A stretch of DNA of 64,000 bases from Alphaproteobacteria bacterium (GTDB lineage: Bacteria > Pseudomonadota > Alphaproteobacteria > UBA2966): assembly GCA_964291395.2 (NCBI GenBank), contig OZ219856.1:320001-384000 (forward strand), written 5' to 3'. The position numbers and the translations under genes were made by a program. The notes beneath the pieces were generated by a model. It was not told the origin of the DNA and made no database searches. It saw only the letters and a program-made list of their open reading frames with translations. This document shows, piece after piece, positions 9,874-20,328 of this stretch. Each line of letters begins with the position of its first letter. The first letter of the stretch is position 1.

Positions 9874-11250
9874 ATGACTGATTCCGACGTGGCCGTCGTC
9901 GTCCTTGCAGCCGGCAAGGGCACGCGAATGGACTCCGGCATCCCGAAGGCGCTTCATGGCGTCGCCGGGCAACCCATGCTCTCGCACGTGCTCCGTGCCG
10001 CGTCAGCCATCGAACCCCGGCGGATGATCGTGGTCGTGGGTCACGGGATGGAGGACGTGGGCCGAGTGGTCGACGGTGCCACGACCGTCGTCCAGGAACC
10101 CCAGCTGGGCACCGCTCATGCGGTGTTGCAGGCACGGCCGGAACTCGAGGGATTCGTGGGCGACGTGCTGGTGCTGTTCGCGGACAGTCCGTTGATTACG
10201 TCGGCCACGATGCGACGACTCGTCGATGCGCGCCGGAACGCGGCGGACCCCGCCGTCGTCGTCCTGGGATTCCGGCCCGGGGATGCGGCGGCGTACGGCA
10301 GGCTCGTGACGAACGGGAATGGCGCGTTGGAGGCCATAGTCGAGGCTCGCGACGCCGATGACGCGCAGCGGAAGATCGGGCTCTGCAACGGCGGTGTCAT
10401 GGCGGTCGATGGCGCCGTCCTGTTCGAGTTCCTCTCGGAAGTCGGGAACGACAATGCCAAGCGGGAATACTACCTGACCGATCTGGTGGAGATCGCCCGC
10501 GCTCACGGACGCGACTGCGCGGTCGTCGAGTGCCCCGAGGAAGAGACCCGCGGCGTCAATTCGCGGACCGATTTGGCAGCCGTCGAGGCCATCCTGCAGC
10601 GGCGTTTGCGCACGGCGGCGATGACGGCCGGCGTCACGATGGTCGACCCCGATACCGTGTACTTGAGCGCGGATACGACGTTCGGGCGCGACGTCGTGGT
10701 GGAACCGCACGTGTTCTTCGGCCCTGGCGTCACCGTCGGCGACGGGGTTCGAATCAGGGCGTTCAGCCATATCGAAGGCGCGACGGTCGCGGCCGGCGCC
10801 GATATCGGTCCCTATGCCCGGCTGCGGCCGGGCGCCGATATCGGTGAGTCGGCACGCATCGGCAACTTCGTCGAGGTCAAGGCCGCCGTGGTGGAGACGG
10901 GGGCCAAGGTGAACCATCTGACCTACATCGGGGATGCCCGCGTGGGCGAAGGCGCGAATGTCGGCGCCGGCACGATCACCTGCAATTACGACGGGGTCGG
11001 GAAGCACAGGACGGATATCGGCGCCGGAACCTTCATCGGCTCCAACAGCGCGCTGATCGCGCCCGTAAAAATCGGTGACGGGGCCATCGTCGGCGCCGGA
11101 AGCACGGTGAGCCGCGATGTTCCTGCCGGCGCCCTCGCCGTCACCCGCGCCGAGCAGTCGGAGAAACCCGGCTGGGCGGCGAAGTTCTTCGGCCGCGTCG
11201 AAGGGCGGTCGACGTCGGCGAAATCCGCAAAGCGATCGAGCAAGGCCTGA
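9874..11250 (+). CDS. glmU: Bifunctional UDP-GlcNAc pyrophosphorylase/glucosamine-1-P acetyltransferase
   Basis: LAAGKGTRM, QLGTAHA, EYYLTD, hexapeptide repeats, GAGTITCNYDG. Confidence 0.97.
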   Translation: MTDSDVAVVVLAAGKGTRMDSGIPKALHGVAGQPMLSHVLRAASAIEPRRMIVVVGHGMEDVGRVVDGATTVVQEPQLGTAHAVLQARPELEGFVGDVLVLFADSPLITSATMRRLVDARRNAADPAVVVLGFRPGDAAAYGRLVTNGNGALEAIVEARDADDAQRKIGLCNGGVMAVDGAVLFEFLSEVGNDNAKREYYLTDLVEIARAHGRDCAVVECPEEETRGVNSRTDLAAVEAILQRRLRTAAMTAGVTMVDPDTVYLSADTTFGRDVVVEPHVFFGPGVTVGDGVRIRAFSHIEGATVAAGADIGPYARLRPGADIGESARIGNFVEVKAAVVETGAKVNHLTYIGDARVGEGANVGAGTITCNYDGVGKHRTDIGAGTFIGSNSALIAPVKIGDGAIVGAGSTVSRDVPAGALAVTRAEQSEKPGWAAKFFGRVEGRSTSAKSAKRSSKA

Positions 11251-11253
11251 ACG

Positions 11254-13077
11254 GTGTGCGGCATAGTCGGTGCCGTCGGGCGGGAACCGGCAGCTCCCGT
11301 TCTCATGGAAGGCCTGAGACGGCTCGAATACCGGGGATACGACTCGGCCGGTGTGGCCACCTTGGTCAACGGCAGCATCGACCGGCGGCGGGCCGAGGGA
11401 AAGCTTTCGAATCTCCAGGCGCTGCTCGACCAAGCGCCGCTTCCCGGAGACATCGGCGTCGGCCACACCCGCTGGGCGACCCACGGCGTGCCGAACGAAA
11501 CCAACGCCCATCCGCATGTCACCGGAAAGGTGGCCCTCGTCCACAACGGGATCATTGAAAACTACCGGGAACTCCGCGACGAGCTGATCCCGCTGGGCTA
11601 CGGGTTCGAGACGGAGACCGATACGGAAGCCGTTGCCCAGCTCATCACCCGCTACATGGACGTCGGCGACTCTCCGGTCGAGGCGACGGCCAAGGCGCTG
11701 CCGCGTCTCCAAGGCGCCTTCGCCTTGGCGGTCATCTTCGCCGGCGAGCACGACCTGATGATCGGCGCCCGCCGGGGCAGCCCGCTCGTGGTGGGTTGGG
11801 GCGAGGGCGCCATGTATCTCGGATCGGACGCGCTGGCGCTTGCGTCCCTGACGGACAGGGTGAGCTACCTGGACGAGGGGGATTGGGTGATCCTGAGCCA
11901 TGCCGGTGCCAGCGTCCGCAACGCGGACGGGGACCCGGTCGAGCCCGATATCAAATTGACCGCCCTGACGGGCGCGCTGGTGGGCAAGGGAAACCATCGG
12001 CATTTCATGTTGAAGGAAATCTACGAACAGCCGACCGCCATCGGGGACACGCTCAATACCTACTTCAATCCGGCAAACCGGACCATTCAGTTGCCGGCAT
12101 TGCCGTTCGATCTCGCGGACATCCGCAAGGTGACCATCGTCGCGTGCGGAACGTCCTATCTCGCCGGCATGGTGGCCAAGTACTGGTTCGAACGCGTGGC
12201 CAGGGTCGACGTCGAGATCGATACCGCCTCCGAGTTCCGCTACCGCGGCGCGATCATGCCGGAGAACGGGCTCGCCGTGTTCGTCTCGCAGTCGGGCGAA
12301 ACCGCAGACACGCTCGCCGCCCTGCGCTATGCCCGTGAACAGGCCAATCACACGCTGGCCGTCGTCAATGTCGCCGAGAGCACCATGGGGCGCGAGGCCG
12401 ACGCGCTCTTGCCGACCCACGCAGGGCCGGAGATCGGCGTTGCCGCCACCAAGACGTTCACCTGCCAACTGGTCGCCTTGGCGTGTCTGGTCATCGCCTC
12501 GGCCCGGGCACGCGGCGTGATCGATCACGGAGCCGAGGCGCGTCTCTCTACGGCGATCGCGGAGGTGCCGGCGCGCGCGGCCGAGGTCCTGAATCACGAC
12601 GAGAAGCTGCGGGATCTTGCCCACGAACTCGCCGAAGCGCGGGATATCCTCTACATCGGCCGGGCCGCGGCGTTCCCGATCGCGCTCGAGGGAGCGCTCA
12701 AGCTCAAGGAGATCTCCTACATCCACGCCGAAGGGTTCGCGGCGGGCGAACTCAAGCACGGCCCCATCGCTCTGGTCGACGAAGACGTGCCGGTCATCGT
12801 CATCGCTCCCTCCGACGACGTGTTCGAGAAAACTGCCTCCAACATGGAGGAAGTCATCGCTCGCGGCGCTCGCGTCGTCTTTCTCAGCGACCAGGCGGGC
12901 ATCGACCGTCTCGGTGACATGGCGGCGGCGACCATTCAGTTGCCGGCTGTCGATCCCGTCGTCGCACCGATCCTCTACGCCATCCCCGTGCAGTTGTTGG
13001 CCTACCACGTGGCCGTCATCAAGGGTACCGACGTCGATCAGCCGCGAAACCTCGCCAAGTCGGTGACGGTGGAGTAA
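11254..13077 (+). CDS. glmS: Glutamine--fructose-6-phosphate transaminase
   Basis: N-terminal MCGIVG, GHTRWATHG, SQSGETAD, C-terminal QPRNLAKSVTVE. Confidence 0.98.
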   Translation: MCGIVGAVGREPAAPVLMEGLRRLEYRGYDSAGVATLVNGSIDRRRAEGKLSNLQALLDQAPLPGDIGVGHTRWATHGVPNETNAHPHVTGKVALVHNGIIENYRELRDELIPLGYGFETETDTEAVAQLITRYMDVGDSPVEATAKALPRLQGAFALAVIFAGEHDLMIGARRGSPLVVGWGEGAMYLGSDALALASLTDRVSYLDEGDWVILSHAGASVRNADGDPVEPDIKLTALTGALVGKGNHRHFMLKEIYEQPTAIGDTLNTYFNPANRTIQLPALPFDLADIRKVTIVACGTSYLAGMVAKYWFERVARVDVEIDTASEFRYRGAIMPENGLAVFVSQSGETADTLAALRYAREQANHTLAVVNVAESTMGREADALLPTHAGPEIGVAATKTFTCQLVALACLVIASARARGVIDHGAEARLSTAIAEVPARAAEVLNHDEKLRDLAHELAEARDILYIGRAAAFPIALEGALKLKEISYIHAEGFAAGELKHGPIALVDEDVPVIVIAPSDDVFEKTASNMEEVIARGARVVFLSDQAGIDRLGDMAAATIQLPAVDPVVAPILYAIPVQLLAYHVAVIKGTDVDQPRNLAKSVTVE

Positions 13078-13246
13078 CCTCTCTCGTCCGCGCCGTCGAC
13101 GACGTCGGCGCCTGGAATACATGTAAGGGTTCACTCGGAAAGACTTTGGTTTCCGGACCCGCGGGAAATCGAATGGCGCCGACCGGACCTCCCATCGCGA
13201 TACCTGATCCGGGACGCCCGATGCGCCCGGGCCGCGGCGAAGCCGG

Positions 13247-14479
13247 ATGACAGGCGCGCCGATCATCGTCATCGTCTGCGCCGGTTTGGTCCTGTTCATC
13301 TCGATCGGATTCCGGCAGACCTTCGGCCTGTTCCTGCCCCCCGTGGAGGCGGAATTCGGCTGGGGACGGGAGTCCTTCGGCTTCGCGATCGCCGTGCAAA
13401 ACCTGGTGTGGGGGATCTCCCAGCCCTTCGTCGGCGCACTCGCGGATCGCTTCGGTTCGGGCCGCGTCGTCGTCGGTGGGGCCATTCTCTACGTCCTGGG
13501 CCTCGTCGGGATGGCATCCTCGGAGACCGCCTTGATGTTCGCCCTGAGCAGCGGGCTCCTCGTCGGCCTCGCTCTCAGCGGCACGGGGTTCGCCGTCGTT
13601 CTCGGTGCCGTGGCGCGCGCCGCGCGACCGGAACGGCGCAGTTTCATGATGAGCGTGGCGGGCACGATCGGCGGATTTGGCCAACTCTTGATGATCCCCT
13701 ATGCGCAGGGCTTTATCGGCGGGTATGGCTGGATCGCCGCGTTGCTGGTGTTGGCCGCTACGGCGGCTCTGATCATTCCCCTTGCCGCGGCGCTTACGGG
13801 CCGGGTGTCGGCAGAGGAGCCCGACCGTGTCACGGAGCAGTCGTTCCGGGAAGCGCTGGCGGAAGCCCGCCAGAACAGTGGCTACTGGTTCCTGAACCTG
13901 GGCTTCTTCGTCTGCGGATTTCACATCGTGTTCATCCTCACGCACCTTCCGGCCTACCTCACGGACCAGGGCTTCGCCGCCGAGATGGGTGCCGTCGTTC
14001 TCATCGTGATCGCGCTGTTCAACATCCCCGGGGCCCTCATTCTGGGGCGGCTGGCGGACATCTACCGCAAGCGCTCCGTCCTCTGCATCCTGTATCTCGC
14101 CCGTGCCGGGTTTCTGGCCATGTTCGTGCTCATGCCGATGACGCCCACGACCATTATCTTGTTCGGCGCGGGATTTGGCCTGACGTGGCTCGCCACGATT
14201 CCCCTCACCAATGCCGTGGTGGCGCAGCTTTTCGGTGTCCGTTACGTCGCCACGTTGTTCGGCATCGCCTGGTTCATACATCAGTTGGGATCTTTTTTCG
14301 GTGCCTGGATGGGCGGCCTGATCTTTGATCTGCTGGGCAGCTACGATCTGGTCTGGTGGTTCACGGTCTGGCTCGGCGTGACGTCCGCGTTGCTGCACTG
14401 GCCGATCGAAGACCGGAGCGATGCCGTCGTGGAACGGGCGCGCACGAGAGCCGTTCCGGACGCTGGGTGGGGCCGTTAA
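13247..14479 (+). CDS. MFS transporter
   Basis: About 12 TM segments; GALADRFGSGR and GRLADIYRKR loops. Confidence 0.9.
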   Translation: MTGAPIIVIVCAGLVLFISIGFRQTFGLFLPPVEAEFGWGRESFGFAIAVQNLVWGISQPFVGALADRFGSGRVVVGGAILYVLGLVGMASSETALMFALSSGLLVGLALSGTGFAVVLGAVARAARPERRSFMMSVAGTIGGFGQLLMIPYAQGFIGGYGWIAALLVLAATAALIIPLAAALTGRVSAEEPDRVTEQSFREALAEARQNSGYWFLNLGFFVCGFHIVFILTHLPAYLTDQGFAAEMGAVVLIVIALFNIPGALILGRLADIYRKRSVLCILYLARAGFLAMFVLMPMTPTTIILFGAGFGLTWLATIPLTNAVVAQLFGVRYVATLFGIAWFIHQLGSFFGAWMGGLIFDLLGSYDLVWWFTVWLGVTSALLHWPIEDRSDAVVERARTRAVPDAGWGR

Positions 14480-14558
14480 CGCCCGGTGGCTCAATCCCTA
14501 TAATGCAAGGCGCGGCGCGGCGGGCGCCTGACACGACTCCCACCGGAGAGAGCTTTCC

Positions 14559-16013
14559 ATGAACCTCAAAGATCCTTCACTGTTTCGTCAACAGTGCTAC
14601 GTCGACGGCGCCTGGGTGGATGCCGACGACGGCGGCACCATTGAAGTCGATAACCCGGCGGACAACTCCGTCGTCGGCACCATCCCGAAGATGGGCGCCG
14701 CGGAAACCCGACGGGCCATCGAGGCCGCCAATGACGCCTATCCCGATTGGCGGGCGCGCACAGGCAAGGAACGCGCAGCGATCCTTCGCAAATGGTACGA
14801 GTTGGTCATGGAGAACCAGGAAGATCTCGCCGTCTTGATGACCACCGAGCAAGGCAAGCCTCTTGCCGAATCCATGGGTGAAATCGTTTACGGCGCCTCG
14901 TTCATCGAATGGTTCGCGGAAGAGGCCAAGCGCATATACGGAGATACGATTCCTCAGCACCAGCACGACAAACGCATCGTCGTGATCAAGGAGCCAGTCG
15001 GGGTCGTGGCCTCCATTACGCCGTGGAACTTCCCCAACGCCATGATCACGCGCAAGTGCGCGCCGGCGCTGGCGGCAGGTTGCACGGTCGTGGCCAAGCC
15101 GGCGACCCAGACGCCGTACTCGGCCTTCGCGCTTGCCGAGCTCGCAGAACGGGCGGGCATTCCGAAAGGCGTGCTGAACATCGTTAGCGGCGCCAGTTCG
15201 GAAATTGGCGGCGAAATGACGTCGAATCCGATCGTCCGTAAGCTGAGCTTCACCGGCTCGACGGAGATCGGCAAGCTCCTGATGGAACAGTGCGCGGGCA
15301 CCGTCAAAAAGATGTCCATGGAGCTGGGGGGCAATGCGCCGTTCATCGTCTTTGACGATGCGGATATCGATTCGGCCATTGTCGGCGCAATGCAGTCGAA
15401 GTATCGGAACGCGGGTCAGACGTGCGTCTGCGCCAACCGGATCTTCGCCCAGGACGGTATCTACGACCGGTTCACCGGGAAGCTGGCCGAGGCCTCGGCG
15501 GCACTGAAGGTCGGCAATGGCCTGGAAGAGGGCATCAGCACCGGTCCTCTGATCGATATCAGGGCCGTGGAAAAGGTCGAAAGCCACATCCAGGATGCCG
15601 TCGCCAAGGGCGCGCGGGTCGTTGTCGGCGGTGGCCGGCACTCGAACGGCGGCAACTTCTTCGAGCCGACCGTGCTCGCCGACGTCACGCCGGAGATGGT
15701 CGTCAGCAAAGAGGAGACCTTCGGACCACTCGCTCCGGTCTATCGTTTCGAGACCGACGAGGACGTGGTGAAGATGGCGAACGACACCGAATTCGGTTTG
15801 GCCGCCTATTTCTACACGCGCGACGTCGGCCGCGTCTGGAAGGTTGCCGAGCAACTGGAGTACGGCATCGTCGGCATCAATTCCGGCATCATCTCCACGG
15901 AGATCGCTCCCTTCGGCGGCATGAAGGAATCGGGTATCGGCCGCGAAGGCTCGAAGTACGGCATCGATGAATTCGTCGAGGTCAAATACCTGTGCATGGG
16001 TGATATCGCGTAG
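14559..16013 (+). CDS. gabD: NAD(P)-dependent succinate-semialdehyde dehydrogenase
   Basis: ITPWNFP, FTGSTEIG, MELGGNAP, AGQTCVC, EETFGP. Confidence 0.92.
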   Translation: MNLKDPSLFRQQCYVDGAWVDADDGGTIEVDNPADNSVVGTIPKMGAAETRRAIEAANDAYPDWRARTGKERAAILRKWYELVMENQEDLAVLMTTEQGKPLAESMGEIVYGASFIEWFAEEAKRIYGDTIPQHQHDKRIVVIKEPVGVVASITPWNFPNAMITRKCAPALAAGCTVVAKPATQTPYSAFALAELAERAGIPKGVLNIVSGASSEIGGEMTSNPIVRKLSFTGSTEIGKLLMEQCAGTVKKMSMELGGNAPFIVFDDADIDSAIVGAMQSKYRNAGQTCVCANRIFAQDGIYDRFTGKLAEASAALKVGNGLEEGISTGPLIDIRAVEKVESHIQDAVAKGARVVVGGGRHSNGGNFFEPTVLADVTPEMVVSKEETFGPLAPVYRFETDEDVVKMANDTEFGLAAYFYTRDVGRVWKVAEQLEYGIVGINSGIISTEIAPFGGMKESGIGREGSKYGIDEFVEVKYLCMGDIA

Positions 16014-16153
16014 TCGCAACCCCATATAGTCGGACAAGCCGGGCGGGTTCCGGCGGAATCGTTTTGCTGCGATGCCCGGCCCCGCCCGTCCTTTGTTCGG
16101 TCGTGGTACTCCGTTCGGTACACGGCAACTCATGAAGAGAGAGAGGCGCCGGG

Positions 16154-17530
16154 ATGGCTACGTATGATTACGATCTGTTTGTGGTCGGGGCGGGCTCGGG
16201 AGGCGTGTCCGCAAGCCGCCGCGCGGCCGCATTCGGCGCCAAAGCCGTCATCTGCGAGGAGTATCGCGTCGGCGGCACCTGCGTTATTCGGGGCTGTGTT
16301 CCGAAGAAGCTGTTCACCTATGCCGCGCATTTCGCCGAGGACTTCGAGGACGCCGTCGGGTTCGGATGGGAGCAGGCTCGCCCGAACTTCGACTGGCCGA
16401 CCCTGATCGCCAACAAGGACACGGAAATCGACCGGCTCAACGGCATCTACATCCGGATGCTCAACAACGCCGGTGTCGACCTGATCGAGGACCGCGGGGT
16501 CCTGGTCGATCCTCACACCGTCGAAATCGGAGGAAAGACCGTCACCGCGGAGACGATCCTGATCGCCACCGGAGCCCGACCCTTCCGCCCGGAAATCCCC
16601 GGGATCGAACACACCGTCACGTCGAACGAGGCGTTCCATCTGGAGGAATTCCCGCGTCGTGCCGTGGTCGTGGGCGGTGGCTACATCGCCGTCGAATTCG
16701 CCGGCATTTTCAACGGCTTGGGCTCTCACGTGACGCAGCTGTATCGGGGTGAACAGATCCTCCGGGGATTCGACGACGACGTACGGACGGTACTGGCGCA
16801 GGAGATCTCCAAGAAGGGTGTCGACCTCCGGGTCGAGAGCCAAGTGGAACGGATCGACGCGTCAGGTCGACATTTGGAGGTGACTCTCGAGAGCGGCGAT
16901 ACCATCGCGGCCGACCTCGTGATGTACGCGACGGGCCGCAATCCCAACACGTCCGACATGGGACTGGAGGAGGTCGGTGTCGAATTGGACGGCAAGGGAG
17001 CCGTCAGGGTCGACCGGTATTCGAAGACCAGCGTTCCCAATATCTACGCCATCGGGGACGTGACCAACCGCATGAATCTGACTCCCGTGGCGATCAACGA
17101 AGGCCGGGCCTTCGCGGAGAACCTTTACGCGGGCCGGCCGCGTTTCCTCGATTACACGAACGTACCTCACGCCGTGTTTTCGAATCCGTCGGTGGGTGTC
17201 GCGGGTCTCAGCGAAGCACGGGCCCGTGAGCAGTACGAAGCCGTGGATATCTACAAGTCTATGTTCCGGCCCATGAAGCATACCCTTACGGGCCGGAACG
17301 AGCGGACCCTGATGAAGCTCGTGGTCGACGCTTCGACGGACAGGGTCGTCGGGGTGCACATGGTGGGTCCCGACGCCGCCGAGATCGTGCAGGGCATGGG
17401 GATTGCCCTCACCTGCGGAGCCACCAAGGCCCAGTTCGACGCGACGGTCGGTATTCATCCTTCCGCGGCGGAGGAATTCGTGACGATGCGCGAGAAGTTC
17501 ATGGAGTTCGAGGCCAAGGCGGCGGAATAA
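16154..17530 (+). CDS. gor: Glutathione-disulfide reductase
   Basis: GAGSGG, GGTCVIRGCVPKK redox CxxxxC, GGGYIAVE, HPSAAEE. Confidence 0.95.
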   Translation: MATYDYDLFVVGAGSGGVSASRRAAAFGAKAVICEEYRVGGTCVIRGCVPKKLFTYAAHFAEDFEDAVGFGWEQARPNFDWPTLIANKDTEIDRLNGIYIRMLNNAGVDLIEDRGVLVDPHTVEIGGKTVTAETILIATGARPFRPEIPGIEHTVTSNEAFHLEEFPRRAVVVGGGYIAVEFAGIFNGLGSHVTQLYRGEQILRGFDDDVRTVLAQEISKKGVDLRVESQVERIDASGRHLEVTLESGDTIAADLVMYATGRNPNTSDMGLEEVGVELDGKGAVRVDRYSKTSVPNIYAIGDVTNRMNLTPVAINEGRAFAENLYAGRPRFLDYTNVPHAVFSNPSVGVAGLSEARAREQYEAVDIYKSMFRPMKHTLTGRNERTLMKLVVDASTDRVVGVHMVGPDAAEIVQGMGIALTCGATKAQFDATVGIHPSAAEEFVTMREKFMEFEAKAAE

Positions 17531-17922
17531 TATGTCTGCCTGACCGCGCCGATTGCGCTTGGGGGTCGGACGAAAGGATCGTGCTTTAAGCCGGCGAGCC
17601 GCTCTAAGGAGTTGGCAATCGGGAGCGAACCGGCGTATACGCATATCCCTCTTACCGCGTGAGGAGTGGGGTCATGCCCAGGGAACGGACGCCGGATAGC
17701 TGGCGCGGCCTACCGCTTCAGCGGCAGCCGGGCTGCCCGGATGCCGCGGTGCCGAAGGCTACCCTGGAACGGATACGACGCCTGCTGCCGCTCGTCCGCG
17801 CGGTTCGGCGGGGGGACCGCAAGAATGCGTCTCGGGCGCTGGAGTTGGTGTTTCCGATGGCCGATTCACTGAAGATACAGCGCGCCGATGGTCAGCCCCG
17901 GATCGTCGTCGAGGCGTCCTGA

Positions 17923-19101
17923 GTGTCATCCCCGGCGCAACATGACCGGCCGCCGCCGCCGAGCGACGCGAATATCGCTCGGCACACGGACCGGTATTTC
18001 CGGAAGTCGCGACGCACCGTCGCGAAGTTTGGAGACGTCCGCGTCACCTATGCCGTCTTCATGCGGCGTCCGGTCGTATTCACGCCCAGGTTCATGGTCG
18101 AATGGCTGGAGGATGTGGCCGCCGCTCGCGGTGCGGAATTCGATATCGATCTCCGCTTCGAGGAGGGAGAGCGCGTCGGTGCCGGCGAGCCGCTAGCCTA
18201 CGTGTCGGGCTCGATGCACGATCTCGTGGATCTCGAGACGCTCTACCTGCAGAAGCTCGGGGCGTCGTGCGTGGCGGCCTACAACGCCTACGTCATGTGC
18301 TGCGATCTTCCCAAGGTTGCCTTCATGGCCTTTGATGCCCGCCACTGCGCGGGGACCGAGATGGCCGAAATGATGGCCTACGCGGCAAGCGTAGGATCCC
18401 GCGCGGCCCAACAGGACGTGGGCGCCGTCGGTTTCGTCGGCTGCGCCGCGGATGCCACGGCGCACTATTTCAGCCGAAAGCGGGGTCTGGGCACGATGCC
18501 GCACGCCTTGATCGGCTACGCGGGTTCGACGCTGCGGGCCGCGCGAATGTTTCACGAAACCTACCCCGACGAACCGCTCTACGTGCTGGTCGACTATTTC
18601 GGCCGGGAGATCACGGATACTTTGGAGATCTGTAGGCACTTCCCCGAGCTGGCGGCCGACGGAAGGCTCGGCGTTCGCCTCGATACCCACGGAAGCCGAT
18701 TCGTGGAGGGACTGGATCCGGAACGTTCCTACGAGGTCTTGCAGCGTCACGACCCTTATGCCGTGAAGCAGTACCGGAACGAACAGGAGCTGCGATGGTT
18801 GCTCGGCACGGGAGTCTCGGCCGCTGCCATCTGCCACATGCGGCAGACTCTGGACGCCGCTGGGTATGCCGGGGTGAAGATCATCGCGAGTTCGGGCTTC
18901 AGCCCGGGCAAGTGTCGGGTCATGGCGAGTGTCAAAGCGCCGATCGACATGATCGGCACCGGCTCGTACTTGCCCGAAAACTGGCCGGAGACCTACGCCA
19001 CCGCGGATATCGTGGAGTACGACGGCGAGCCCAAGGTCAAAGTCGGTCGCGAGTTCCTGCTGAAGAACGCCAGGGGCCGTCCGGGCGATTCCAAAAGCTA
19101 G
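17923..19101 (+). CDS. Nicotinate phosphoribosyltransferase-like protein
   Basis: TDRYF, GTMPHALIG, LVDYFG, VRLDT, SSGF and ATADIV motifs; near nadE. Confidence 0.75.
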   Translation: MSSPAQHDRPPPPSDANIARHTDRYFRKSRRTVAKFGDVRVTYAVFMRRPVVFTPRFMVEWLEDVAAARGAEFDIDLRFEEGERVGAGEPLAYVSGSMHDLVDLETLYLQKLGASCVAAYNAYVMCCDLPKVAFMAFDARHCAGTEMAEMMAYAASVGSRAAQQDVGAVGFVGCAADATAHYFSRKRGLGTMPHALIGYAGSTLRAARMFHETYPDEPLYVLVDYFGREITDTLEICRHFPELAADGRLGVRLDTHGSRFVEGLDPERSYEVLQRHDPYAVKQYRNEQELRWLLGTGVSAAAICHMRQTLDAAGYAGVKIIASSGFSPGKCRVMASVKAPIDMIGTGSYLPENWPETYATADIVEYDGEPKVKVGREFLLKNARGRPGDSKS

Positions 19102-19199
19102 AGCGTTCTGCGCGCCGAGTCACTTGGGCCCGGCCGTGGGATCCATGCCAATACCCTTCGCATCACGACGCAACGAGGGATGGACGGTGGAGCGTGGGC

Positions 19200-20216
19200 T
19201 CACTCCGGCTCGTACAACCGGATGAGCTTCTTGCCGAAATTGTGGCCTCGCATGAGTTCGATGAACTGTTCGGGCGCGTTCTCGATGCCGTCCGTGATGT
19301 CTTCCTTGTATTTCAGCTTGCCGTCCCGGACCCATTGGGCGAGCCGCGCGCGGCCCTCCTCGAACCTGGCCTGGAACGAGGTGACGATGAAGCCTTCCAT
19401 GCGTGCCTGATTGATCAACAGGTACCGCAGCACACTGGGGGCCGTCTGTGGCTGTTCGAGGTTGTACTGCGAGATCTGCCCGCAGATCACCACGCGGGCC
19501 CTGAGCGCGAGTCGGGGAATCACGGCATCGGTGATGGGGCCGCCGACGTTGTCGAAATAGACGTCGATCCGGTCCGGGCAGGCATCATCGAGAGCCGCGC
19601 CCATGTCCTCCGCCGTGCGGTGGTTGATGCCTTCGTCGAAGCCGAGTTCGTCCTTGATGTACGCGATCTTTTCGTCGGACCCGGCGATGCCGACGACCCG
19701 GCAGCCGTTGAGCCTGGCGATCTGCCCCACAACGGCGCCCACCGCCCCCGATGCGGCCGATACCACGACCGTGTCCCCGGGGACGGGCTTGCCGATCTCG
19801 AGAAAGCTGAAATAGGCCGTCAGGCCGGGCATGCCGAGGATACCGAGGGCCGTCGACTCGGGGATATCGGGGAACGGGACCTTCCGCACCGTATCGGGCC
19901 GCGCCAGTCCGTACTCCTGCCAGCCCAACCGTCCTTCGACCACGTCTCCGACGGCGAAGGCGTCGGTGTTGGTACGGACCACTTCGCCCACGACGCCTCC
20001 GACGATAACCTCGCCGATCGCCAACGGAGGCACATAGGATCGCGCGTCGTTCATCCGGCCGCGCATGTATGGGTCGAGAGACAGGTAGTGCGCCCGCACC
20101 AGCGCCTCGCCGGGACCGGGATCCTCAATGGGGGTATCGACGAGTTCGAAGTCGGACAACTCGGGATATCCCCTGGGCCGACTCTTGAGCACGATGCGCC
20201 GATGGACGTCCTGCAT
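19200..20216 (-). CDS. NADP-dependent oxidoreductase (CurA/PTGR-like MDR)
   Basis: LSLDPYMRGRM, GMPGLTAY, SAASGAVG, YFDNVGG, CGQISQYN. Confidence 0.9.
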   Translation of the reverse strand: MQDVHRRIVLKSRPRGYPELSDFELVDTPIEDPGPGEALVRAHYLSLDPYMRGRMNDARSYVPPLAIGEVIVGGVVGEVVRTNTDAFAVGDVVEGRLGWQEYGLARPDTVRKVPFPDIPESTALGILGMPGLTAYFSFLEIGKPVPGDTVVVSAASGAVGAVVGQIARLNGCRVVGIAGSDEKIAYIKDELGFDEGINHRTAEDMGAALDDACPDRIDVYFDNVGGPITDAVIPRLALRARVVICGQISQYNLEQPQTAPSVLRYLLINQARMEGFIVTSFQARFEEGRARLAQWVRDGKLKYKEDITDGIENAPEQFIELMRGHNFGKKLIRLYEPE

Positions 20217-20328
20217 ATTGGTCCTCCTTTCAGGGCCGGGCTTGCGTCCTTTATGGCGGTTGCTTCCGCCTCATACAAGCGATGGCCCGCGTATTGTGTG
20301 CGGCGACAGCCCGCGCTAAACATCCGCC

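Noticed and set aside
13040-13246. attTn7 site at the glmS 3' end
   Set aside because: The conserved glmS end is present, but no Tn7 end or tns genes follow, so the site appears empty
10003-13485. 1160-aa minus-strand ORF and many other long shadow ORFs
   Set aside because: Antisense to well-supported genes (glmU/glmS etc.); expected from high-GC codon bias; no recognisable motifs
17659-17922. 87-aa ORF upstream of the phosphoribosyltransferase
   Set aside because: No recognisable motif and Arg/Pro-rich composition; cannot support it as a gene although it abuts the next start
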